Source of the DNA: Promethearchaeia archaeon
GTDB lineage: Archaea; Asgardarchaeota; Lokiarchaeia; Sigyniarchaeales; SOKP01
Direction: 5' to 3'
NCBI GenBank assembly: GCA_029856155.1
Contig: JAHQWL010000053.1
Span: 1-37,041, forward strand
DNA length: 37,041 bases
A program made the translations under genes and the position numbers. Shown one piece after another: positions 9,742-18,244 of this stretch (position 1 is its first letter; the number at the start of each line of letters is the position of its first letter). The notes beneath the pieces were generated by a model. That model searched no databases and was not told the origin of the DNA. It worked only from the letters and a program-made list of their open reading frames with translations.

Positions 9742-11790
9742 ATGTATAACTATAAAAATATTTCTGTAATCTCTATTTTAGGTATTGTAGCTTTTCTTTT
9801 CATAGAATCTTTTTATAATGTTTTTGTTGATATTAACGCTTATATTTTTATGAATTTCTCAGAATTCCTAACTTTAATACCTACACTGTTAGTTCTTGTA
9901 TTTATTTTAATTGTTGAATTTTTCTTCTTTATATCAAGAAAGATCAAGAAAAAATACAAACCTTACATCTTAATTTACATTATTACAGGAATTCGAATTT
10001 GTTCTCAGTTTATTATCATTCCCAGTATAATTTTTATGCTAAACTTCCTTATGTTATTTTCAATCTTGATATTTTTCATGGGTTTCCTACTTCTAATGGA
10101 AATGAGTGAATCTTATATAACTTTCCCACAATTAATGGGAGGTCTGATAATCGGATTAGGGATTCAATTTATATTCTTAACTATTAATATTTCTTCAAGT
10201 CTTACTTCAGATGTTAGTAAAATTATTCCTATTTTTGTTTTTGTCGGTTTATTAATCCTTTTTAATAATTATATTTTTTTGCCTAATGATTTTGAGAAAT
10301 TCATATCTAGCAGAAATGAAAATATTAAGGATACAAATAGAAAATCTATCTCGTTATTTCATTTTATAATATTGGGAGTTCTATTCATCTTTTCAATGAT
10401 GTGGATCTTCAATCCAATGGCTCTTTCTGCATATGATATAATAAATCTCAGTATTAATGGTTTAATTCCAAATTCATTGAATGTTTGGCCCAGTTATGGT
10501 TTTACTTATTATATCTTTTTAATATTTCTCAGTGCTATTTTAAGTTATATAGTAACTATGAAGTTCATATTAACTCTAAATCAGAATATAATAAAGATCA
10601 TCTTCATATCATCTATTGGAGCTACAGCTCTCCTAACTGGACTTGGAATTTTTATAATAGAAAATGATTTTTCTATTTTATCTTCAATTTACATGTCACT
10701 AATGACCGTAATCGGTGTTTTTTCTATAGTTTTATATATTTCTTATTTATTCCTTTTTTATTCTTTTAATTCTCCTAAAACGCTACTGAAAGGAATTTTC
10801 ATTTTTTTCCTTACCAGTTTCTTCTTCATTATACTCCATGTTGAAATTCTATGGAGTGAATATATGTCATTAATATCTCATCTAATAATCCAAATAATGA
10901 CTGGTTTGGCACTAATTATACTTTATGAGATAAATAATTTGAAAAGTTCACTGACATTGAAAGAGCATTCAATCCATTTAAGTAAGCCAATTGTTATATC
11001 ATTTATTGGAATTTTCATAATTTATGGAATTTCAATAGGAATAGTAGTTAACGCTCACAAATTAGTTTCTGTACAAAAACCAAATCCTACTTTCATGATT
11101 TGGAATATACACAACGCTATTGGTGATGACGAAATATTTAATCTGGATCGTCTTGTACAAGACATTAAAGAGAATGATCCAGATATTTTGGGGTTAAATG
11201 AAGTCGATTTAGGCGCACTTAAAACTTCTTTTATAGATTTACCTTCATATTTTGCTCATAAGCTTAACATGTATTATTTTTACGGCTATACTTTTTATAA
11301 ACACTATGGAAATGTTATTTTAAGCAAATATCCTATATTGGAAGCAGAAATTATTCCATTACCGATTACCGATCAATCTAATGAACCTCGATCTTTAATT
11401 AAAGCCAAATTTCAGATAAATTCATCAATATGGACGGTATATGTTACTCATTTATCTACGAGTTCAGATGACAGGCTAATTCAAGTTCCATATATAATTA
11501 ATGAAATTCAAAAAGAAATCTCATTTGAAAATATCATATGGATGGGTGATTTTAATCTTGAACCCAGTTCTACAGAATATTCATTGATAAATAGTACTTC
11601 AACTCTGAATTTTACTGATAGTTATAGATTCCTTAATTCTGATCCTGGTTATACGAGTCATTTTGATGAAAATCATATTCCACGTAAAAGAATTGATTAT
11701 ATTTTGTGTTCTCCAGATTTGATACCACAGATTAGTGAGGTTTATTGCTCAATTAGCTCTGATCACTGTGCTGTTATAACACAATTTTAA
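9742..11790 (+). CDS. Polytopic membrane protein with C-terminal endonuclease/exonuclease/phosphatase (EEP) domain
   Basis: About 430 aa of TM helices followed by WNIH, LNEVD, YGNVILSKYPI, THL, GDFN, RIDYI and SDH catalytic motifs. Confidence 0.85.
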   Translation: MYNYKNISVISILGIVAFLFIESFYNVFVDINAYIFMNFSEFLTLIPTLLVLVFILIVEFFFFISRKIKKKYKPYILIYIITGIRICSQFIIIPSIIFMLNFLMLFSILIFFMGFLLLMEMSESYITFPQLMGGLIIGLGIQFIFLTINISSSLTSDVSKIIPIFVFVGLLILFNNYIFLPNDFEKFISSRNENIKDTNRKSISLFHFIILGVLFIFSMMWIFNPMALSAYDIINLSINGLIPNSLNVWPSYGFTYYIFLIFLSAILSYIVTMKFILTLNQNIIKIIFISSIGATALLTGLGIFIIENDFSILSSIYMSLMTVIGVFSIVLYISYLFLFYSFNSPKTLLKGIFIFFLTSFFFIILHVEILWSEYMSLISHLIIQIMTGLALIILYEINNLKSSLTLKEHSIHLSKPIVISFIGIFIIYGISIGIVVNAHKLVSVQKPNPTFMIWNIHNAIGDDEIFNLDRLVQDIKENDPDILGLNEVDLGALKTSFIDLPSYFAHKLNMYYFYGYTFYKHYGNVILSKYPILEAEIIPLPITDQSNEPRSLIKAKFQINSSIWTVYVTHLSTSSDDRLIQVPYIINEIQKEISFENIIWMGDFNLEPSSTEYSLINSTSTLNFTDSYRFLNSDPGYTSHFDENHIPRKRIDYILCSPDLIPQISEVYCSISSDHCAVITQF

Positions 11791-11820
11791 TTATGGGAAA
11801 TTTAATCTTAGTTATCTAAT

Positions 11821-13014
11821 TCAATCGTTCTTTAGTTTTTCTTTCAAAGCTTTCGTTAATATCGGTATAACTTCACATAGATCACCCACAATTCCATAAT
11901 TTGCCACATTAAATATCGCAGCTTCAGGATCTTTATTAATTGCGATAATGATATCGCTACTTTTCATTCCTACTAAGTGTTGGATTGTTCCTGAAATTCC
12001 GCAAGCAATGTATATCTTTGGAGAAACAGTATTTCCACTTTGTCCGACTTGTTGTGATTTTGGAATCCAGCCTAAATCAACAGCAGCTCTGCTCGCTCCC
12101 ACAGCTGCATTTAATACATTGGCTAAGTCCTCAATCAACTTAAAATTCTCCTTATTTCCAACACCTCTACCACCAGATACAATAGTATCCGCTTCACATA
12201 CGGGAATACCACATTCGAAAGCATTTCCCCTGATTACTTCTTTTGTTTTTACCTTTAAACCTTGAAGATCTACGTTTACCGGCACTTCAATGATTTCTGC
12301 ATTATTACCAGCTTGAATCGGTGCCATTTCCATAACGTTTGGTCTGACTGTTGCCATTTGGGGGCGTGTTGCAGGACAAATAATATCAGCCATAATATTT
12401 CCACCAAATGCAGGTCTTGTCTGTAATAATAATCCATCTCGTATTGACAAGCCAGTACAATCGGCAGTAAGCCCCAATTCAAGAGTTGCAGCTACCCTTG
12501 GTGCAAGATCCCTTCCATTTATTGTTGCAGGATATAATACAATATTTGGGTTATATTTTGAAATTATTCCTGTAATTACAGAAGAATAAGTTTCAGTATG
12601 ATAATCCCTAAGAGCTTCATGTTCAGCAACATATATTTTGTAAGCACCACGCTTAGAGAACTCCTGAGAAAACCTTTTTACATTATCTCCTAAAAGTAGC
12701 ACACAAGCTCTTTGATAAATAATATCTGCTAATTCTCTTGCTTTACCCAACAATTCAAATGAGACATTTCTAACCTTTCCATCTTTTATTTCAGCAACAA
12801 CCCATACATCCTGATACTTTGAAAAGTCAATCTCTTCAATTTTTTTCCGCTGAATTGTAATTGCCCCTACATTACATTGATCGACACATGCACCACAAAG
12901 AGTACACTTATCTCCTATCACCGCTATTTTTTCTACAATTGTTATTGCTCCAAATGGGCATGCTTTTTCACATAAACCACAACCCGTACATTTTTTCTTG
13001 TCTACTATAATCAA
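11821..13014 (-). CDS. etfA: Electron transfer flavoprotein alpha subunit with N-terminal 2[4Fe-4S] ferredoxin domain
   Basis: CTGCGLCEKACP, CTLCGACVDQC, GLTADC, RPAFGGNIMA, VSGGRG, QVGQSG, GISGTIQH, AINKD. Confidence 0.92.
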   Translation of the reverse strand: MIIVDKKKCTGCGLCEKACPFGAITIVEKIAVIGDKCTLCGACVDQCNVGAITIQRKKIEEIDFSKYQDVWVVAEIKDGKVRNVSFELLGKARELADIIYQRACVLLLGDNVKRFSQEFSKRGAYKIYVAEHEALRDYHTETYSSVITGIISKYNPNIVLYPATINGRDLAPRVAATLELGLTADCTGLSIRDGLLLQTRPAFGGNIMADIICPATRPQMATVRPNVMEMAPIQAGNNAEIIEVPVNVDLQGLKVKTKEVIRGNAFECGIPVCEADTIVSGGRGVGNKENFKLIEDLANVLNAAVGASRAAVDLGWIPKSQQVGQSGNTVSPKIYIACGISGTIQHLVGMKSSDIIIAINKDPEAAIFNVANYGIVGDLCEVIPILTKALKEKLKND

Positions 13015-13015
13015 T

Positions 13016-13804
13016 TTAAATCACTTTATCTTTAGATAATAATTCAATTAATTTTTGAACCGAAACTTCAGGAGTTTCTTCTTTAATAACAACCCCTTGT
13101 TGTCTTGCAGGTGGAGAATAAACCTTAATAACTTCAGTTAATGACCCATTTAACCCATAATCATCCTTATTACCTCCGAGTTCATCTGCATCCAAGGTAG
13201 AGAATGGCTTTTTATTTGCTTTCATTATACTCATCATGGGAGGATTGGTTGGCTCAAAGGAAGATGGTGTTGTTCCAGTTATAAGTACTGGAAGTCTTAC
13301 TTCTACAATTTTGTACCCATCATCTGTTTGAACTTTTGCTGTTAATTTTTTACCTACTAATTTTTCAACACTTTCACAGTGTGTTATCTGTGGAATCCTT
13401 AATTGAGCTGCAATTTCAGGTCCTACCTGAGCAGTGTCTCCATCAATTGCTTGTAGACCACAGAAAATGATATTAAAATTACCAATTTTCTTGATACACT
13501 GAGTTAAAGTATATGATGTTGCCCATGTATCAGCACCAGCAAAAGCTCTATCACTTAGTAAGATGGCTTTGTCTGCCCCTAATGCTAGACATTTCAATAA
13601 AGCTTTTTTAGCTTGAGGTGGTCCCATGGAAATAACAATAATTTCATCACCTTCTTGTCTGATCTTAATAGCTTCCTCAAGCGCAAACTGGTCGAAGGGA
13701 TTTAGAATACTGGGGATACCCTCTCTTATTAATGTGTTGGTCTCTGGGTCAATTTTAACTTCAGTTGTATCTGGAACTTGTTTTACACATACAATAAATC
13801 TCAT
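13016..13804 (-). CDS. etfB: Electron transfer flavoprotein beta subunit
   Basis: VCVKQVPDT, NPFD, SMGP, FAGADTWAT, QAIDGDTAQVGP; start taken at MRFIV (13804). Confidence 0.92.
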   Translation of the reverse strand: MRFIVCVKQVPDTTEVKIDPETNTLIREGIPSILNPFDQFALEEAIKIRQEGDEIIVISMGPPQAKKALLKCLALGADKAILLSDRAFAGADTWATSYTLTQCIKKIGNFNIIFCGLQAIDGDTAQVGPEIAAQLRIPQITHCESVEKLVGKKLTAKVQTDDGYKIVEVRLPVLITGTTPSSFEPTNPPMMSIMKANKKPFSTLDADELGGNKDDYGLNGSLTEVIKVYSPPARQQGVVIKEETPEVSVQKLIELLSKDKVI

Positions 13805-13893
13805 AGTTTCATCAAAATTCAAATAAGATTCTATATTCAATCTCAATCTTTTAAGAGTTAAATAAAAATATTAAAAATATAAAAAAAAGTTAA

Positions 13894-15078
13894 TTAATAT
13901 TGTTTCTTACCAAGTAGCTCTCTCGCTACAATCATTTTCATTACTTCTTTTGTTCCTTCTGCAAGTGAAAATGATCTAACAGCTCTCCATGCAGCTTGAT
14001 CAAGGCATTCTCGTGAATATCCAAAAGCTCCTTGCCATTGCATGACATCATTTATAGCATCACAAGCCCAGTCTGAGCAGAACATCTTAGCTTGAGCTAC
14101 GATATTACTTGTTTCGAATCTACTTACCTTGCCTTCTTGTTCTAAGTCAATAGTCTTTAAAGCTTTATAACCCAAATCCCTTAACATATTCAATTTTGTA
14201 TAGTGTTCAGCCAGTCTAAAATTTATTTCTTGATATTGCGCTAAAGGTTTTCCAAATGATTTTCTTTCTTTAATATAACTAATTCCGTTTTCTAATGATT
14301 TCAAGCCAGCTGATGCGCAAATTACAGAAATTAATGCCCTTGCGTATTCATATCCTTCATGGAGTATGTAGAATCCTTTGTTTTCTTCTCCTAATATATA
14401 ATGTTTTGGGATTCTTACATTATCTATAGAGAACCCACCGCATGAAATCCCCTCTCTACCTAAATCGTTTATATAGGTAGGTGTAATTCCTTCAGCAGTT
14501 AAGGGTAAATAAAATGTAGTCATTCCTCTTGTCCCACGCTCAGGAGTTTGATGAGCAATTGTGATATGTCCGCCACCGTGTGTTACTGCCTCTCTTACGC
14601 CACTAATGTACATTTTTTCACCGTTCACCACAAATCCATCTCCATCTGGCTTTATAGTTGTCTTAGTAGCGCCTACATCAGAACCAGCATCACTTTCAGT
14701 TGTAGCGATTCCAAGGAACCATTCTCCTGAGACTGTTTTTGGAAAAATTTCTTGCTTTGCTTCTTCAGTTCCATATTTATTTAAAAGAAAACCCCATGAT
14801 GCAGGGACCAAGTAATATACACATGTGGAGCCAGTGCAATCCGCTTTTGCTAATTCTTCTGCTATAACACCGGCACTCACAGCATCTAATCCAGGACCAC
14901 CATACTTTTCATCTGCTGTACACGTCATAAGTCCTAATTCTGCCATACCCTTGACTACATCTCTAGGTATTGCCTTAGTTTCTTCCATTTGAAGAGCAAT
15001 TGGAGCTATTTTACTTTGAGCAAATTCCCTTACACTTTCCCGAATCATTTCTTGTTCTTCAGTAAATTTGATACTCAT
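13894..15078 (-). CDS. Acyl-CoA dehydrogenase (possibly cyclohexane/cyclohexene-carboxyl-CoA or another aromatic-pathway acyl-CoA)
   Basis: FTEEQEMIR, TESDAGSD, VNGEKMYIS, GEENKGF, RKSFGKPL, QGAFGY, AEGTKEVMK; co-oriented with etfBA. Confidence 0.88.
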   Translation of the reverse strand: MSIKFTEEQEMIRESVREFAQSKIAPIALQMEETKAIPRDVVKGMAELGLMTCTADEKYGGPGLDAVSAGVIAEELAKADCTGSTCVYYLVPASWGFLLNKYGTEEAKQEIFPKTVSGEWFLGIATTESDAGSDVGATKTTIKPDGDGFVVNGEKMYISGVREAVTHGGGHITIAHQTPERGTRGMTTFYLPLTAEGITPTYINDLGREGISCGGFSIDNVRIPKHYILGEENKGFYILHEGYEYARALISVICASAGLKSLENGISYIKERKSFGKPLAQYQEINFRLAEHYTKLNMLRDLGYKALKTIDLEQEGKVSRFETSNIVAQAKMFCSDWACDAINDVMQWQGAFGYSRECLDQAAWRAVRSFSLAEGTKEVMKMIVARELLGKKQY

Positions 15079-15214
15079 ATATCTTACCTTTTTAATAATA
15101 GTTAAACTGTATACCTTTTAATTGCTAAAAATTCTTAAGGTTTATTGTTCAATTAGAAGGTCAAATTAATTGGGAATAAAATGGGTCGAAAAAACTAAAC
15201 AGTACTTATTAATT

Positions 15215-15622
15215 CTACCTTTCTACAATGGTAAATCCTTTTTTTTCTAAAATATCTATTGCTTCCTCGATAATTGTGTCTTCAACACGTAATATAAGCA
15301 TAGATTCATCTTTTACAAGGGTACTATAGAAATAATCAATATTTATCTTGTGTTCTCCTAAAGTTTTTGGTATCTCATAAAGCGCTTTAGGATGATCATT
15401 CAATCTAACAGCAATGACATGAGTAGTAGAGATAAGAAAATCTTTTTTTTCTAATAAGTTAATGCACTTTTCTGGGTTATCAACTAAGATTAATATTAAC
15501 CCATATTCACTTGTTTTTGCTACTGTTAAAGCTCGAATAAAAATTTTGTTATCCATAAGAAGTTTTATAAAATTAGCAAGTTCACCGGGTCTATCTTCTA
15601 AGAACACTGAAAGTTGAATCAT
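15215..15622 (-). CDS. Tandem ACT-domain protein
   Basis: MIQLSVFLEDRPGEL and a second repeat LNDHPKAL...INIDYFY; true start likely ATG 15622. Confidence 0.8.
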   Translation of the reverse strand: MIQLSVFLEDRPGELANFIKLLMDNKIFIRALTVAKTSEYGLILILVDNPEKCINLLEKKDFLISTTHVIAVRLNDHPKALYEIPKTLGEHKINIDYFYSTLVKDESMLILRVEDTIIEEAIDILEKKGFTIVER

Positions 15623-15727
15623 TTTAACCAAATTTTTAAAAAGTAAATAGATGTTAAATTTTAATATTCCGTTTTTTTTAAACTTAGTAAGAAAATTATT
15701 ATGAATATATGATTTTAAATTAAACTG

Positions 15728-16498
15728 ATGTTGAAGGATTTTTACGATAAACACAAAAATTTTTCCTTTAGAACTCTATCAGAGTACTATCTATCTCCTG
15801 GAATAAGATGTAAATTTGATTTATTGAAAGAAAATATTAATTTTAAAAGAAAATTTTCACATGGCATTGATCTTGGTTCATCTGGAAATTCATTCCTCTC
15901 TTTTCTAGATAATATAAAGCAAAAATCTTTCTTTGATATTTCAGACATTCCATTAAAGCAATATACAAATAAAGATGTATGTTTCCCTCTGTGTGGAGAT
16001 ATTAATAACTTACCATATAGAGATGAAGCATTTGATTTTATAAGTGCTCTCGATGTTTTAGAGCATGTTAAGAATGATAACTTAGCAGTATCAGAAATAG
16101 GCAGGATCCTAAAGAAAAATGGGATAGCTGTAATAACAGTTCCTCACAGAATGAAATATTACACAATCCAGGATAAAATAATAGGACATTATAGACGGTA
16201 TGAAATAAAACAGATTATTTCTCTTTTCAATAAATTTAATCTAAGAAACCTAAGAATCTTTGGCGTTTATGGGCGATTAATGATAATAGCAGATATACAA
16301 TCTACGAATCCTAAAAAAATTGAACAGAGTCTTATTCAATTAAGAAATAAATACGAATCCAATGTTTTATTTCGAAAATTTTGGAATATTATTGTAGGAA
16401 TTCTGTCTAAGTTTATGAAAATAGACGCAAAATATCAGTCTAACAAAAAAATTAGGAACATTGGTTTAATTTTTATAAAGAAAGAATTATATGTTTAA
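15728..16498 (+). CDS. Class I SAM-dependent methyltransferase-like (type 11)
   Basis: IDLGSSG (degenerate motif I), GDINNLPY, FDFISALDVLEH, ITVP, GHYRRY. Confidence 0.78.
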   Translation: MLKDFYDKHKNFSFRTLSEYYLSPGIRCKFDLLKENINFKRKFSHGIDLGSSGNSFLSFLDNIKQKSFFDISDIPLKQYTNKDVCFPLCGDINNLPYRDEAFDFISALDVLEHVKNDNLAVSEIGRILKKNGIAVITVPHRMKYYTIQDKIIGHYRRYEIKQIISLFNKFNLRNLRIFGVYGRLMIIADIQSTNPKKIEQSLIQLRNKYESNVLFRKFWNIIVGILSKFMKIDAKYQSNKKIRNIGLIFIKKELYV

Positions 16499-16505
16499 GA
16501 ATCAA

Positions 16506-16910
16506 TCAAGAAACTTCCTTTTTCAATTTTTCAAAAAGTTTTTTGTATTCCTCGATATATTTCTCATCATTTGTTTTCTCAATCTTTTTAAGGAGTTCGA
16601 CTGATTTTGTTAAAATTTCAGATTGCTTTTTGATTTTTTCATAAAAGATTTTCTTTGTATCTTGAGTTTCTGCTGTTTGTAATTTATCCTCAAATTCTTT
16701 TATGGATGTTTTAATTTCTTTCTGAGATTCAATTACAGAAGATGCCAATTGTTTTTTTCTTTCTGCTAATTTAATACAATTTTTACAAACAATTTCTTCA
16801 TTATTCTCTTGTTTTCTTAATTTTTCTCCTTTTGGCATCATAAAAGGATTTTTACAACGATCACATGCAACCAATTCAAGTACTAACTTGTCAGTGTTAG
16901 AATCGGTCAT
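16506..16910 (-). CDS. Zn-ribbon (CxxC...CxxC) plus coiled-coil protein, unknown function
   Basis: CDRC...CKNC followed by about 85 aa of E/K-rich helical sequence. Confidence 0.7.
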   Translation of the reverse strand: MTDSNTDKLVLELVACDRCKNPFMMPKGEKLRKQENNEEIVCKNCIKLAERKKQLASSVIESQKEIKTSIKEFEDKLQTAETQDTKKIFYEKIKKQSEILTKSVELLKKIEKTNDEKYIEEYKKLFEKLKKEVS

Positions 16911-17043
16911 ATTTAAGAGAGAAATGAATTTTAATTTATAATAATTTATCCATAATTATAATCTTGACTTAATAATATATTATTATTCTATTAAGTTCTC
17001 ACTTTATAGAAAATTAATAATAGCTTAATGTATTTGACATTAT

Positions 17044-17838
17044 ATGGATACAGTTGTAGTTATTATTTTATTAATTGCGGGATTTCTTTTCGGAACCATT
17101 AGCTCTGTAGTTGGTGTAGGGGGTGGTATTTTTTTTGTAAGCATTATGGTTCTATTATTACTTCTTCCTATGAATGTCGCTGTAGATACTTCTGCTTTCA
17201 TAATATTAATTTCTTCTGGGGCGGGATTCTTTACTTATTTCAAAGAAGAAAGACTACATCTTAAACAAGTTATCATTTTTTCTTCATTTTCGATTTTGGG
17301 TAGCATCATGAGTACTATTTTATTCTTGTTTGTTGATTTGGGTGAAAGTATTTTAAAAATTATTTTTGCCACAACAATACTGATAGCTGGCACAAACATG
17401 ATATATAAAGCAATTAAATCAAGAAGATTTAATCCTTCTCAAGAAAAATATGAAAAGAATTTCATACTCTGTGATCATGATTATCAAACTAATTTGAAAA
17501 AATCAATACCATTATTTATTTTAGCGGGGTTTACTGCTAATTTATTAGGTATTGGAGGAGGTATTATCAATACTCCAGCTCTTCACATAATTCTTCATTA
17601 TCCCATTCATAATGCAACAGCAATTTCTACGGGCATAATATTTTTCACTGCGATATATAATACTATTGCTAAAAGTATTATAGGTAAAATAAACTATTTA
17701 ATAGGAATTTTAATTGGCATTGGGGCTATCTTAGGCTCAATTTTTGGAGCAAAAATATCTGGAAAAATACCAAAGAAAACCCTGCAACTTTTGGTTGCTG
17801 TTGTGTTGATGGGTTTAGCAATTAGAATGTACTTTTAG
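17044..17838 (+). CDS. Sulfite exporter TauE/SafE family membrane protein
   Basis: Duplicated GVGGG / GIGGG motifs, about 8 TM helices, A.STS-like motifs, GSIFGAK. Confidence 0.85.
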   Translation: MDTVVVIILLIAGFLFGTISSVVGVGGGIFFVSIMVLLLLLPMNVAVDTSAFIILISSGAGFFTYFKEERLHLKQVIIFSSFSILGSIMSTILFLFVDLGESILKIIFATTILIAGTNMIYKAIKSRRFNPSQEKYEKNFILCDHDYQTNLKKSIPLFILAGFTANLLGIGGGIINTPALHIILHYPIHNATAISTGIIFFTAIYNTIAKSIIGKINYLIGILIGIGAILGSIFGAKISGKIPKKTLQLLVAVVLMGLAIRMYF

Positions 17839-17850
17839 GATGTGATTTTT

Positions 17851-17863
17851 AAAACTTTATAAA
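17851..17863 (+). promoter_or_regulatory. TATA-box candidate for the ubiquitin-like gene
   Basis: AAAAC-TTTATAAA, the same core as the element at 7109-7125; strong RBS GGAGGAAGGA directly before ATG 17946. Confidence 0.3.
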
Positions 17864-17945
17864 TCTTAAAATTTAATTTTTAATTTAAGACACGTTAAAA
17901 ATAACTTTTCTAATCCAAATTTAAATATAAACTAGGAGGAAGGAA

Positions 17946-18176
17946 ATGGTAAAAGTTAAAGACCTCGAGAAACTTATGGATGATTTCATGATTGAACTAG
18001 ATGATAAATTTATTGATATAAAACCTTATCTTCTGAATGAATTTGAATGGGAAGTAGATCCTATGAAGAAATCTCAATTTATAATAAGAGGTATTCCAAT
18101 AGAAGATGATAGGAAATTGAGTAATATTTTGAAATCATTTTTAGAAGATGAAGTTATAAGTCTTAAAGAAGTTTAA
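17946..18176 (+). CDS. Ubiquitin-like (beta-grasp) protein without C-terminal di-glycine
   Basis: Manual alignment to ubiquitin: VKDL/VKTL, IELDDKFIDIK/VEPSDTIENVK, VDP/IPP, QFIIRGIPIEDDRKLSN/RLIFAGKQLEDGRTLSD, EDEVISL/KESTLHL; 76 aa; strong RBS. Confidence 0.68.
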   Translation: MVKVKDLEKLMDDFMIELDDKFIDIKPYLLNEFEWEVDPMKKSQFIIRGIPIEDDRKLSNILKSFLEDEVISLKEV

Positions 18177-18244
18177 ATATGAAAAGTTGATTTAATCAAA
18201 TTTTTGATTAATAATTGTTTTGTTATCAATAAAGTAAAAATAAC

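Noticed and set aside
15623-15754. 44-aa N-terminal extension of the ACT protein overlapping the divergent methyltransferase
   Set aside because: AT-rich intergenic-like sequence; the family N-terminus starts at MIQLSVF (15622).
17946-18176. ThiS/MoaD/SAMP sulfur-carrier interpretation because of the adjacent TauE gene
   Set aside because: No C-terminal GG for thiocarboxylation, and the residue pattern follows ubiquitin rather than MoaD/ThiS.
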